Translations under genes and position numbers: made by a program
Source of the DNA: Octopus vulgaris
Taxonomy: Eukaryota
Assembly: GCA_951406725.2 (NCBI GenBank)
Contig: OX597822.1
Span: 38,812,001-38,876,000 of the forward strand
Direction: 5' to 3'
DNA length: 64,000 nucleotides
The notes under the pieces: model-generated
What the model was told of the DNA's origin: nothing
Seen by the model: the letters and a program-made list of their open reading frames with translations, nothing else
Database searches by the model: none
In this document: positions 24,891-39,214 of the stretch, piece by piece
Position numbering within the stretch: the stretch's first letter is position 1
Layout of the letters: every line of letters begins with the position of its first letter

Positions 24891-27439
24891 ACTCTACTAC
24901 TCCATCATCAATATGCCACACCAATACCACTAGACTACTCCATCACCACCGCCACCACCACTACACACTAAATTCCAGTGAAACTGTAGGAATTTTTATG
25001 CAATAGTTTTGCCAGTTAGAAATAGCAGCCAAATCGCAACCTACCATTTTGATAAAAAATATAGGACTATATCATCCCTGAAATACAAAATAGATGGGAC
25101 GGTCATAGATGGATTGTATTTGATCATAAATCTACTTCATTAGGAAAGCTCTGGGGTTAAACAACAATAGTATTCTAGGTTGATGAGACAGCAAATGAGC
25201 TTCTATGGTGGTCACTCAGCCTGCTAGAAATAACAGCCAAATCTCCTTCAAATCACACATCACTAACTTAAAAAGGGAAGTACATATCAATAAGTGTAGC
25301 CCTAGATATACAGTACCTAAAACTAAGATGGGATGGTTGCAGGTTGGACACATTTGACCCAAGGATAGCTGGATCAGGACTAAATTGAAGCTAAACAATA
25401 ACACCGATTGTAAGACGATAATATAATATATAATTACGGAGCTGTTGTTAATTACTTCTGTAATTAAAACAACAGTTCTGTTCAGGTACTGACACTGACC
25501 ATGGAGAGGACTTCTGATTTACTGTTTTCTTAAGAGTACCACTTACATTTTGACCTTTCATGTGTCTGTGAGTTGTTGAACTCTAAGATAACAGAAAGGT
25601 GTTCCAACTATAATTATTTCAGTTTATTTTTACTTTTCCCCCTCATTTTTCTGTTGCTGTTTCTAACATCTAATGTAGCCCCCTTCTAGGGTATCTTCCA
25701 ATTTTTTTTTTTTTTTTTTTAGTGCTCAGTGCACCACATTGCCCAGTTTAATATCACCACTTGGCCCTTGGGCACCTTTAGCAAAGTTCATTTGTTGCAA
25801 GCATCTAGACCAGCCTCTTGTTTAGGGACATCTGTGACCTATTCATGTACCATCCCCTTTTATATTTCCCTTGGCCAATGTTACCTCACCTCAAACATCA
25901 GAGATCTTCTCTCCAACCACAAGCCCATACACAGGGCTGTTTCAGCAGCATTTTAGGCCCCTGTCTTAGATTTACCATGGATTAGCTTGTAACTTTGGGA
26001 TTTTGATGATGTGATTGTTTATGATTAGAATGAGATCGTAGGGTAGGTATGAGAGGCCATACCTGGCTAGTTTGAACATTGTGCCGGCTGACTGGTCCCG
26101 TGCTGGTGGCACGTAAAAAGCACCATTCAAGCATGGCCGATGCCAGTACCACCTCTATGGCCCTCATGCCAGTGACATGTAAAAAGCACCCACTACACTC
26201 CTGGAGTGGTTGGTGTTAAAAAGGACATCTAGCTGTAGAAACTTTACCAGATCGGATTGGAGCCTGGTGCAGCCTTCTGGCTTGCCAGCCCCCAGTCAGT
26301 TGAACGACAATGATGATGATGATGACGACTATTTAGGTCAGATATGGCTGGTTTAATTGCTAAAGGGTTAAAGGTTTGAATATCGTAGACCAGAGGAAAA
26401 CAAGATGATGGTAATGAGTTTTAGAGATCAGTTTGAAGGAAGAAATTACTAGAATAAAAGGACCTATGACTAAATGGAAGCTCAACAGAGAAAAGATGAG
26501 CCTGGACAACTGCTTCATTGGAATCACTGTGTTTCTACAAGAATCAAGCACAACATCTGCAGATCAGTGATGTTATCCAATGTGGCCATGTTTGATTTTG
26601 TAGACAGGGCATGATTTGAGGAAGATTTGGCTACTGTTTCTAATAGCTCACGCACCCAGAGAGAGGCACACACATTAGCTCACATGTGTACCTTTGACAG
26701 TGTGGTTGGTGATATATACATTTCTTTTATATGTGTGGGAAGTGGTAAGAAAGAGAGAGAGAGAGAGAAAGAAAGAGAGAGTATGTGTGTGTTTCCAAGT
26801 TGGTAGATATTTGACAGCAAGGTGTGCAGAAGGGCTGTAGTGTAGGAGTGGACAGGGTAGTGTGTATGCGCAGGTGAGGATCAGTGGACAAGGAGGACAT
26901 CCAGTTGTAAAAGATAATACTGCAATAATATCTACTTAATCCATGCCAGGATAGAAAAACAGACATGAAACAAACAAATGAACATACATACAAACACACA
27001 CACATGCATGTACTGACAAACAGATAAATAGATAGATAGACAGATGTTGATATATACGTATATATATATCTGTAAGCTGGATATATATATGTGTGCGTGT
27101 GTGTGTGTGTATATATATTATATTAAACATATATATTATATATATATATTATATTAAACAATATTTTGTATACACAAAAGTGTTTCTTGAGATGAAATTG
27201 GAGAAAAGATCTTTTGTCCGACATTTATAAACCCCAACCGCACCCCCCCACACACCACACACCTTGTGTCTCCTTATTAAAACAATCAGTCTTAACTTTC
27301 CTCTCTCAGAAGTATTTTATTTCTCAATCCATTCATGTTCGTGATCTGATTCATGGTTTCAATATAACACATGATTCTCTACATACATACATAATTATAT
27401 ATACATATATATGTGTGTGTGTGTGTGTATATATATATG

Positions 27440-27498
<59 letters not shown>

Positions 27499-27507
27499 TA
27501 TTTGTGA

Positions 27508-27540
<33 letters not shown>

Positions 27541-27556
27541 TATGTATGTATGTATG

Positions 27557-27596
<40 letters not shown>

Positions 27597-27605
27597 ATCT
27601 GTGAG

Positions 27606-27636
<31 letters not shown>

Positions 27637-27637
27637 A

Positions 27638-27668
<31 letters not shown>

Positions 27669-27964
27669 ACACACACACACACAGATAGATGTGAGGGTGA
27701 TAGAGGAGGAAAGTGTGAGAGAAGTAGACAAATAGCTGGGCAGACAAACATCCAGACAAATACAGAAACAGATGAAAACAGACAGAGATAGAAAGACATA
27801 TGGAGAGAGATAACGAGATATACAACAGATATGATAGATAGGTAGAAAGTCAGAAAAACAAACGGTTGGATATATGGATATATGGAGAGATAAGCAGAGA
27901 GAAGACAAGACAGACATACTGTGAAAGGTGTATGACTCTGTATGCCTTTGTGCATGTGTGTGTA

Positions 27965-28007
<43 letters not shown>

Positions 28008-28269
28008 TGCTCCACTGTTACCACTCTAATAATGAATCTGGCCTTAAAGCAGTCCATAGACAAAACCAACATAAATATGTCCAGTTGAATGACAATGGCC
28101 AAATAAATATATCAGTGTAGCAGTTTGTTAGTATGGTCTGTGAACAGTGGAATAATAGAGATAGGTATTAAATTATAGACAAAGGACAGAAGGAATTATG
28201 GGATAGCTTGGATAATTTGTAATGAAAAACAGACATACAACCATGCAAACATTAAATTCATATTATATA

Positions 28270-29153
28270 TAGGTTGCGATGGGTAAATTGTCACCATTTT
28301 ATATTTTTACTTTCACACACGCACATTGTTTGTTTTTGATTTTGTCAACTACACAGTATAGTAGGGTCAGTTGGGCACTGTCTGTAAGAAGAACAGCATC
28401 ATGACACAATCCACACTGTCACAAATTTGGAAATGACATGATGTACTGCTTGGCATCCATACCGGAAGCTCCAATACCAACATTTCAGAGTGTTTGGGTG
28501 TCAATCTGAGGATATGTACTGGATGTTTGATGAAAATCAAGCATCCAGTCAACATCATGATGTTTGGAGTAATCACTAGTGATGGTGACGTTATGCCTCC
28601 ATTCATCTTCCCACACAGCCCCAGACTCAACACAGAGGCCTACATCAAGTGCCTGGAGGTGGTAGTGCTGCCCTGTGTCAAGAAGGTGGCTGCTGGAACA
28701 CCCTATGTCTGGCAACAGGATTCTGCACCATGCCACACTAGCAGGAGAACCCAGTAATGGCTGTCAGACAATTTCTGTGACCACATCACCCCTAACATCT
28801 GGCCATCTAACTCACCAGACTGCAACTTCCTTGATTATTACGTGTGGGGCACAGTTGAGTAAGAGGCCAACAAAACTCCTTGTAACACCAAAGATGAACT
28901 GAAGGCAAGGATTATGGCAGCATTCACCAACTTAAATAAGGAGACCGCCCAGAAAAGTTGTAGGAGACTCCGAAGTCATCTGGAAGCTGTAATTGAAGCC
29001 AATGACGATTTTATTGAATAAATTTACTATTTCGTATTTCCAGATATTATTTATGTAATTTTGTTAAATACATCTGCTATATAACATCAATGAGATGTTA
29101 GTGTTATTTTCATTTTTGCATAATTTAGATGACAGTTTATTCACTGCACCCTG
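28270..29153 (+). mobile_element. Internally deleted Tc1/mariner DD37D (maT/Bmmar1-like) transposon
   Basis: Imperfect TIRs (taggttgcgatgggtaaattgtca / tgacagtttattcactgcaccctg) with TA TSD. Pseudo-ORF ...WQQDSAPCH...WPSNSPDCNFLDYYVW has 37 residues between the second and third catalytic D, and in-frame stops. Confidence 0.9.
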
Positions 29154-29209
<56 letters not shown>

Positions 29210-32200
29210 ATTCGACAACTAAGGAGGAGTTATCTTCTTTTGGTATTTTGTCTTGTACTTATCTCTGTGCATTACATATTTTTCACTCGTTGGTGATATC
29301 CTGTACTTAATGTGTATTTTTAATTATATATCTTGGGCCCAGGTTTGCCCTAGAATCAAACTAGCATTAAATTTTGTAAACATTATTTAATAAAGAATAC
29401 AATACATAGTATTTACTTTGTTTTTGTAAACCTCACTCATACAAACAATATCCTATACATACACATACACATACATATTTATATACATATATATTTCCTT
29501 AAATATGCAACTATGCTCAAGTTTTATCTTTTTTATATTCTTTATATTTTTTATTAGTGTTTTACAAATGGTTTGGAAAAGTATTTCTTAAATCCATGAC
29601 ATTTCTAGACCTTCACAGCCTCATTATCAGGAATTGAAGCGAATATATTTGTATTGCTTCTTATACACTGATTACGTGCAAGTCAGCTCTTTTGATCATT
29701 AGCACCATGATTTGTTTGTTGTGGATATGGACATAAATCCATATCTTAACATTTGCATCAGTTCTTTTGATCATTAGCACCATGCATCAGCAGTCACATG
29801 TTGATTTGTTTGTTGTGGATATGGACATAAATCTATATCTAACATGTTCTCCATGTCAGCATAGAAAACAGGCGTTGGATGATTGGACAGAATCTGATGT
29901 GCTGAAGGACTGTGTCATGCTCAGAAATTCACTTTGCATGGTTTATACAGCTGGACACCGTTTCTAATGCCAACCACTTAACAGTTTGTACTGGGTACTT
30001 TCCTTGTGACACCAGCACAAGTGAGGTCACCATTCATTATCTTGTAAGACTAAAGATCTACTGAGTAGGGCTACAGTACAGAAGGAGGTAACTTTATGCT
30101 AGATGACAAGAATGTGGAAAATTTACAAAAGCAGGAAAGAAATGAAGTGCACAACTGGATGTGTAATGTTAATCTTCATGATTGATAGAACACGAGTGAA
30201 TTGAGGGAAAAACTGACTATAAGAGGAATCATGTGTAGTGTAGTAGAGAGAAGACTCAGAAGGACAGTTACCTAATTTCCATGATGTAAGTGACCAAAAA
30301 CACAACAATCCTCTGAACAGGATGCTGGTCCATTGCAAGGTTTTGAGGGAGGGGACAAGTACTTTGTTTTATTGGTCCTCGAAAGAGATGAAAGACAAAG
30401 TTGACCTTGGCAGAATTTGAACTCAGAACTTAGAGAGCTGGAAGAAATGCTGCTAAGCATTTTGTCCAATGTGCTAACGATTCGGCCAGCTCACTGCCTT
30501 AAATTGATATCAAATATAGGTTAATTATGTAAACAAATATACACACATACATTCATACACTCACCAGGATACACAGACATATAAGTACATATAAACACAC
30601 TTAAATACACAGATTTATATACACATACAAGCATTGCGGGGAGGGGCGGGCGAGAAGGTGAATGACAAGGTAGTAAGTAACGAGTAGGCAGGTACAAAAA
30701 AAGGGAGGAGTGTTTCTTTGTGTGTGTATGTGTGAGTTTGTGCGTATGTGTGCATGTGTGTGTGTGTGCACATGTGTGCGTGTGTGAGTTTGTGTATAAT
30801 TGTGTATGCGTGTGTGTGTGTTGTGTGAGCGGAGGGATGATGTATTAAACATGACTTCACAATAGAAATATCTTTGTTTTAATCATTTCCAACCCTATCC
30901 AAGGGAAATCTCTGAGATATTACACCCCACCCGCTGTGTTATATCACAGAGTGGAAGGTGTGAATGACTTTGGGATAGATGTTGTCTATAGGTGGAGGAT
31001 AATAATAATTTCATTGATCATAAAAGAGAATGACTCAACCGTTGGATGTAGTGTGTTGATGACAACAACAACAACATCTAAAACACACATGGTCAGAACA
31101 ACAACAATAATATAGTAATGAGTTCAAGCGAAAGAGAAGTTATACAGCCACTCAGCCTTCTAAAAATAACAGCTAAATCATCATGATCATCATCATCATT
31201 GTCACCATTTAATGTTGTATTTTTTTCCATGGATTAAAATTACACCCTGCTACCATAATAAATTATTTCATGGATCTGCTGGATTAGGGCAAACTTTGGG
31301 ATAAAAAAGACAATAACATTCTGCAAGGCATGGCTTTCCCAACCATGCGGCCTGGAGTTCAGTCCCATTGCATCGTACCTTGGGCAAGTGTCTTCTACTA
31401 TAGCCCTGGGCCGATCAAAGCCTTGTGAATGGATTTGGAGAGAGAAGCTGTGTGAAAGCCCACTGTATGTGTGTGTGTCCGTCCATTTCCAGTCTCAGTG
31501 ATAAACATGTCTGGCTATAGGGAAATAATGCTTTGCTTGGAAATAGGTGAGGGTTGGCAACAAGAAAGGCATCAAGCCATAAAAAATCTGCCTCAATAAA
31601 TTCTATCCAACCCATGCAAGCATGGAAAAGCAGATATTAAATGATGGTGATGATGATGATGATTTATGCTTGAGCTAATGGGAGAGAAAGGGCCACAATA
31701 TAGACTTTTGACCTGCTAAAAACACCAACCAAATCATCTTCCAACCATATAAAAGAGTGTTTTAAAAAGAATGACATTGCAAAATGTAAGCCTGAAGTAT
31801 ATTATATCTGACTAGATGGTCACAGCTGGAATATTTTTAGTCTTAAGTCTGTCGGATTTGGAAATGACCTAGGACTAAATAACAGTCAAAATTTATGATC
31901 ATTGCAGGGTCAGCCAAAAGACAATTCAATGTTGTTAAATTACTGAGAGGGGCAGTAGGGGTGGGGCAAAGCAGCAAGCTGGCAGAATCGTTAGCACACC
32001 GGGCGAATTACTTAGCAGTATTTCATCTGTCTTTATGTTCTGAGTTCAAATTCCACCAAGGTCAACATTGCCTTTCATCCTTTCGGGTTGATAAATTAAG
32101 TACCGGAGTTGATAAATTAAGTACAGGAGTCGATCTAATTGACTGGCCCCCTCCCCCAAAACTTTTGGGCCTTGTGCCTAAAGTAGAAAAAATATTACTG

Positions 32201-32346
32201 AGTGGGGTTTAACTTGTTAGTTGTGGTTTGGGACTGTACAATGTTTGCTGGGGCTTGTATCTATGACTAGCTATTAACATTATCACATTGCTGAAGACTT
32301 TGTCTTTAAATTGATAATGTGACTTTCTTGATAACACTATTTTTGC

Positions 32347-32396
<50 letters not shown>

Positions 32397-32915
32397 GGGG
32401 CCTTGAAGAATCAAGGCCTGTCACGAAATATTTCAGTAAAGTTCCTATTCTAATGAATTCTTTATCTTTTGCTTGCTTTCATCTTAGGACTGTGGCCATG
32501 CCGGGGCACTGCCTCGAAGGGTTTAGTTGGACAAATCGACCATTGCACTATTTTTTTTATATGCCTGAGACTCAATTTGTTGGTCTCTTTTGCTGAACTG
32601 CTATGTTTTGGGAATGTAAACACACCAACACCAGATGCCAAGCTGTGGTGGGGGACAAACAGGCACAAAGACACACAGATAAATATAAATGTGTGTGTGT
32701 GTGTGTACAAAGTATGGTAGTTTAGATCACGGGTAATCTAAGCGATTAGGTATGCTAGGTAAGTGCTGTAACAGATTACTAGGGCTCCAAGGTTATAGCT
32801 GAGATGGTAGTTATGGAGCCATTGCAGATTTCCGATGCAGCGGATACATAATTGTTAAAGAGGACAAAAAACAGTAAGGCAAAGCAAGGCAAACATCTCA
32901 AATACGACTTGCGAT

Positions 32916-33086
32916 ATGGACATATGGCGTGGGCTACTAACCCCAAAATTCCGAGTTCGATTCCAGGCAAGAAGAAGAAGAAGAAGAAGAAGAAGAAGAA
33001 GAAGAAGAAGAAGAAGAAGAAGAAGAAGAAGAAGAAGAAGAAGAAGAAGAAGAAGAAGAAGAAGAAGAAGAAGAAGCAACAACAGC

Positions 33087-33150
<64 letters not shown>

Positions 33151-33153
33151 GTG

Positions 33154-33194
<41 letters not shown>

Positions 33195-33341
33195 AATAAC
33201 ATCGAAAAATACCTTAGGAATGAGAACCCAGGTTCGAAATTTCCCCAAGACACCTGATGAAAGCTGGAGGGGTATATCAGCTGAAACATTGTGGTAACAA
33301 CAAACGAGATGAGGGCAAATATCCAGCAAATGTAAATAATG
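32916..33341 (+). mobile_element. tRNA-headed hammerhead-containing element with expanded (AAG)n(AAC)n
   Basis: Head tggcgtgggctactaacccc...gagttcgattcc; core gacac-CTGATGA-A-AGCTG...CAGCT-GAAAC-ATT-gtggt at 33249-33295; 13-bp TSD-like repeat tacgacttg(c/a)gat at 32903 and 33342. Confidence 0.8.
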
Positions 33342-33441
33342 TACGACTTGAGATGTTTGCCTTGCCTTAAAATGTTTGTTGTCCTCTAGAAAAATTATAT
33401 ATATCTATGTGTGTGTGTGTGTGTATGTATGTATCTATGTA

Positions 33442-33504
<63 letters not shown>

Positions 33505-34595
33505 CAGGCTTCTTTCAGTTTCCTTCAACCAGATCTACTTACAAGGCTTTGGTTGGCCTGAGGCTATAGTAGAAGACACTTGCCCAAGGTGCCATGCAGT
33601 GGAACTGAACCTAGAACCACGTGGTTAGGAAGCAAGTTTCTTACCACACAGCTAAGCCTGTAGTTGCTTTCAATATTACATGCTTTAATGCATTAAAAAC
33701 CTCTTTCCTTGCATATGTGCTGTTGAATTGGAGTGCATCTGACACCCATGCATCGTCTATGCCCTAGAATTCTTTTTTTTTTGTTTTTGTTTTTTGCATT
33801 GAATTCTTTCCAAATCTGTATCTTTTACTTGTTTCACTCATAAGAGCATGGCCATGCTGGGTCACCACCTCCAAGAATGTTTAGGCAAATGAATCAACCC
33901 CAGGACTTATTTTACTTTTTTTTGTAAACTTGATACTTATTCTATCAGTCTCTTTTACCGAACCACTAAGTTATGGCAATGTAAACCCACCAATAGTAAC
34001 TAACAAATGACGGTGACAGACAAACACACACACAATGAGCTTCTTTCAGTTTCCATCAACCAAATCCACTCACAAGGCTTTGGTTGGTCTGAGGTTATAA
34101 TGGAAAACACCTAAGGTGCCATGCAATGGGACTGAACCTAGAACCATGTGGTTGGGAAGCAAGCTTCTTACCACAGTTATGCATGCACCTATACATATGA
34201 AATATTTCTCCTTATTCTAAGGAGTCTATTTCAATATTAATTTTACCATCATGTTGATTTTAAATTGCTTTACTGTTAATTCAAGTTGTTTTTGTTAAGA
34301 TTTCTTACAACATGGAGGGATTCTATGGACTAAGAAAAGTTTGTTTTTTTTATTCTTCTGACACATTTTTCAGCTCTTTTCTGTATTGTATATATTCCAG
34401 ACAATGCAAAAAAGATTTCAATATATATACTGAAGATTCTATTCTACTTTCTTGAATATATTCATGTGTTTGTGTTTGTATGCATGATTTTAGTCTATCA
34501 GATTTGGTTCAATAAAAAACTAGAGTGAAATAAACAGACTATTGCCAAAAATATCACACAAACAAATCTAAACACCATGTTTACAGCAATGCAAC

Positions 34596-34660
<65 letters not shown>

Positions 34661-35468
34661 GCTCTTAGCTTAGTTTTTCCTTGGGGCTGGCCAGATTGGA
34701 GCAATCTCAAGTATAATCAGCTGAAATTGCAAAGATAACCTGGTACTCGACTGAGGAAAGAAAACTTTGAATGATCCGTCCTTGTTTTCTTTGTATTGTC
34801 TATCTGGATGTTTTGTTATCTCATTTTTGTATTACCTAACTGTATGGATGTTTTGCGTTCTTGTCCCATTTTGTATTTTATATATATATATTCATACTGA
34901 CTGGCCTTCATGCTGGTAGCATGTAAAAGCACCCACTACACTCTCAGAGTGGTTGGCATTAGGAAGGGCATCAAGCTGTAGAAACTCTGCCAGATCAGAT
35001 TAGAGCCTGGTGCAGACATCTGGTTTGCCAGTCTTCAGTCAAATCGCCCATGCCAGCATGGAAAGCGGATGTTAAACGATGATGATGATATATATATATA
35101 TATATATATGTGCATGAGTGTGTCTGTATTGGTGTGGCTGTGTGGTAGGAAACTTGCTTCCCAACCACAATGTTCTAGGTTCAGTCCCACTGCATTGCAC
35201 CTTGAGCAAGCTTCTTGTACTACAACCTCGGGCCGACCAAAGCCTTGTGAGTGGATTTCGTGAACGGAAACTGAAAGAAGCCCGTCATATATATGTTTGT
35301 TCCCCACCACCATCACTTGACAACCGATATTGGTGTGTTTAAGTGCCCGTAACTTAGCGGTTCGGCAAAAGAGACCAATCGAATAAGTACTAGGTTTACA
35401 AAGAATAAGTCCTGGGGTTGATTTGTTCAACTAATGGCCACAGTCAAATGACTGAAACAAGTAAAAGA

Positions 35469-35499
<31 letters not shown>

Positions 35500-38400
35500 G
35501 GGGGAGAATGAGAGAGAGATGTGTGTGGGCATATGTATATTAAAAGACTAACACGTCATATTTGTATATCCACACACACACACACACATACACACACACA
35601 CACACGTCTCAAGTGCCCCAATCCAAGCCCTCTTCTCGATGAGTAATAGTATGTCTGCCCTCTACACTTGACTACATCCTGTACCCCAGATCAATAAACC
35701 ACAGCATTAGAACCAGGGAACCAAAGAACCAGGGTGGGTGTTACACTCAGACTCGACTAAAAGCACTAAAAGTTTGAGTGTTGCTCAATGTTCGTTAAAC
35801 AGTGTTTGGAGGCAGGACTATACTTGAATGAGTGACTCATCCTTGCAGAATACACAAATACATATAAATATATAAACAGCCACTGCATGTAAGCGGAGTA
35901 GAGGAGAAGGATGGGGATGTATGGAGTTGGTGGAAGTAGTGGGTGCAAGGGGACAAATAGTGGGGTGACTGGGTGTGATGGTTATGGTGGGTGGGTGAAT
36001 GAGTGCCCGTCGCGGTTGCAGTGTTTGGATGTTGGGTGAAGAATAAAAGTACTTCTGCTGATTCACCTCAAGCCACACCTCAATGCAGCCTATCAAATAG
36101 CACTTCACACACACACACACACACACACCGACCAACCTATCTGCCTATATACACCACATAAAAACATCAACACACCATGCCACGCTAGCCAGCCAGCCAA
36201 CCAACCAACCAGCCACCAGGAGGCCTCTATGTGTACGTGGGATGCTCCACCTGCCAAATCTTCTCCAAATCACACCTTTGTGTCTTAAAAAAACACTATC
36301 ACAAAGACACACACCCGCACAAATATAACATATACACACATATAAATACACATACATACACTCATGCATATATGCATACATACACACACACACATATATA
36401 TGCACATGCATACACTTGTATATATATATACACACACATACATATACACACATGTGTACATATGTATACACACACATACATATACACACATGTGTACACA
36501 TACACTTGTACATATGAATACACATATATGCAGACAAATGTAGATATACACATACACACATATATATGCATACATATATACATACTACATGTACTAATTG
36601 AAGTTATATACATGTACATGCACACACATTATTCATTGGTGGGGTGTGTTAAAAAAAAACCTACTTCAGGTAATGCAGTCATAAACACACAACGCCTGAA
36701 CAAAAGATGGGATGGTCACAGCTGGAATGTCTTTGATGATAAGCTCTGCTGGATCAGAACTGACCTAGATCTAAACAATAACACAACATTGCCAAAAGAT
36801 TATTTCTGGCTTTGGCGGAAAGCACACACACACACACACACAGAGGGCACTACCCCTACTAGTCCCTAATTTCTTTTTTAATATATGCAGAGGTTAAGCA
36901 GGCTTGAGTCATGTTTACGTTTATATGAGTGGCTTGTTCAGGGAATCGAATTTGAGACTGTGTAATTGAATTATCTGCTTAACTAACAAACATGGTCACC
37001 TCCACCGCCATCCCCGTCTCACCGAAGGCTCCCTCCACCGTTCATTCACCACCTCTCACCGCCTCTCATCATTGGTGCTTTAGCAGGGACTGAAAGACAA
37101 AGTTTTATGGGCACACATTTGTACACACATACACACACACATACAAACATATTGTGCAAACATACACTATATACACACACACACACATAAACAGAATATA
37201 ATGCAAGGAGGGATTGAGAGAGAGAGAGAATGTTATGTGTTTGTGCATGCTTGCATTTATGCATGTGGAGAGAGAGGGAGTGTGTGTGTGTGTATGTGTG
37301 TTTTAGCATGCATGCATGCATATATGTGTGTATGTAGAGGAAGAAGGAGAGATAGAACGCGTAAGGGAGAGAGAGAAAGAGGCAGAAGAAAGATAGAGGG
37401 AGGAGAGAGAGAGATTAAGAAAGAAAGGAGAGAAAGAAAGAAGGAAAGAAAGAAAGAAAGAAAGAAGGAAAGAAAGAAAGACAGTTGTATGTCATCCCTG
37501 GAGAAAGTGAATCAGCCTCTCATCAACGTTGCTTGACCTGTCGGTTCAAACCTGTTAACCTCACAACAGGCAGGCATCTTCTTAAGTGGCAGGGATACAG
37601 AAGAGGACCCAATACTGACAGTGATGTGTGTGAAGCAAAAACAACCCGTATAAACAAACACAGACACATGACTGTGTGGGATTTCATGCTCACCTACACC
37701 ACATTCTTCTTGATTCAAATGCAGCTTCGTTATGCTGGAGAGAATCAAATGTAAAATGATCTCTATTTTTCTCACAAAACTATATAAAAATGATTAATCA
37801 CATTTAAGAGAGAGCCCACAGACATAAGATGTAATGGAATGGGTTCAGTTGCTTAAATCAAACTTAGGAGATGACTGGAAATATATAAGGGAAGCTGGCA
37901 GAATTGTTAGCATACTGGACAAAATGCTTTGCGATGTTTCGTCTGTCTTTACGTTCTCAGTTCAAATTCCGTTGACTTTACTTTGTATCTTTTCAAGGTC
38001 GATAAAATAAGTACCAGTTGAACACTGGGGTCGATGTAATTGACTCACCCCCCCCCCCTACGAATTCGATGGCCTGGTGTCAAAATTTGAAACTAATATA
38101 TTTGATTTAATAAGGATATTTTAGTATTATCTATTAAATTACAGGTATAAGTTTAACATTAAAGCATGTTAGGATAACGAATATTTAATACGTATGGAGT
38201 GTTCTAATTATTTGGGTTACGAAATAGTGTAATTAGAATTAGTTATTAGTTAAGTTCAATCGAATTTGTTTTGTTTTGGAAAGACTAGAATATAAAGCTT
38301 TCACTTTTATATCAATAACTATGGAAGACTGGTGGGAATATTATCTGCATGGACTTCAAGTGCTAGGTCACTATTTAGTTAGATAATTTAGGAGTTAATT

Positions 38401-38975
38401 ATAGGTTTACTTATTGAATTAATTTACAGATGCTGTTTTTGTACATAGGGTAAATGTGTTTCTTTGTTATAGGTTAATTAATGATGTTAGTGTTTAATTC
38501 TTCCTAGAATTAAGATTGAATGAATGTAGTGATATCTATGGTATGTTTGTTTCCAAACAGCACTTATTTTAGTGTTGTTCACACTGCCGGATTGAATGGT
38601 ACTGCCCGGGTGTCAAAACCATAGTGATATCCATAAGGCAGCTGATGATGGAGGTATGTTGGATGTTGGCATGGCTGTTATTGTATGTGCAGAACAGTTT
38701 TATAAGACATCCATTTGATATTAAGTGTACCAAAAAGTAATGTATTTTCAAAGTAAGTAGTCTGACGTCATAATAGAAATAGTTTACAAGCTAATAAAAG
38801 GTCCCTTTGCAATCAACTCATCAGCATAGAGTTTACGACCAAACATTAACGTGGACATATGCTGTGCGTGTGTATGTTCTATCTGACTGGCCAGTGAAGA
38901 TGAGGACTTTAGTGAGCTCTATTCAGCATTGCTTGCTTTACAAATTTCATAATGGCAACAATGCAAGCGAAAACA

Positions 38976-39194
38976 TACAAGAAGGTGCTGAAAAGTTCCT
39001 GGCTTTAAGGGTATCACGAAAGGCCTGGTTGGAGGCCCCACCTTCAGTGTTCTTTCACAGGGCTTAGAAAAACTGAAGGACTGCTGCAATAATTGTGTCA
39101 ATCTGAGAGGAGAATATGTTGAATAAGACCATAATTAACTGATCCTCCTGTATTTTCTTTTACCTAAAGTTAGGAACTTTTCAGAACCTCCTCA
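38976..39194 (+). mobile_element. Mariner-derived MITE
   Basis: TIRs gtgctgaaaagttcctggcttta / taaagttaggaacttttcagaac; internal GLEKLKDCCNNCVNLRGEYVE* resembles a mariner C-terminus. Confidence 0.75.
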
Positions 39195-39214
39195 AATGCA
39201 TTGTCTATCCTGAT

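Noticed and set aside
37694-37734. Possible 41-nt minus-strand exon (tctctcCAG...TAG|GTGAGC)
   Set aside because: Splice signals are plausible, but the length is not a multiple of 3 and no peptide is recognisable; it cannot be told from chance without RNA data.
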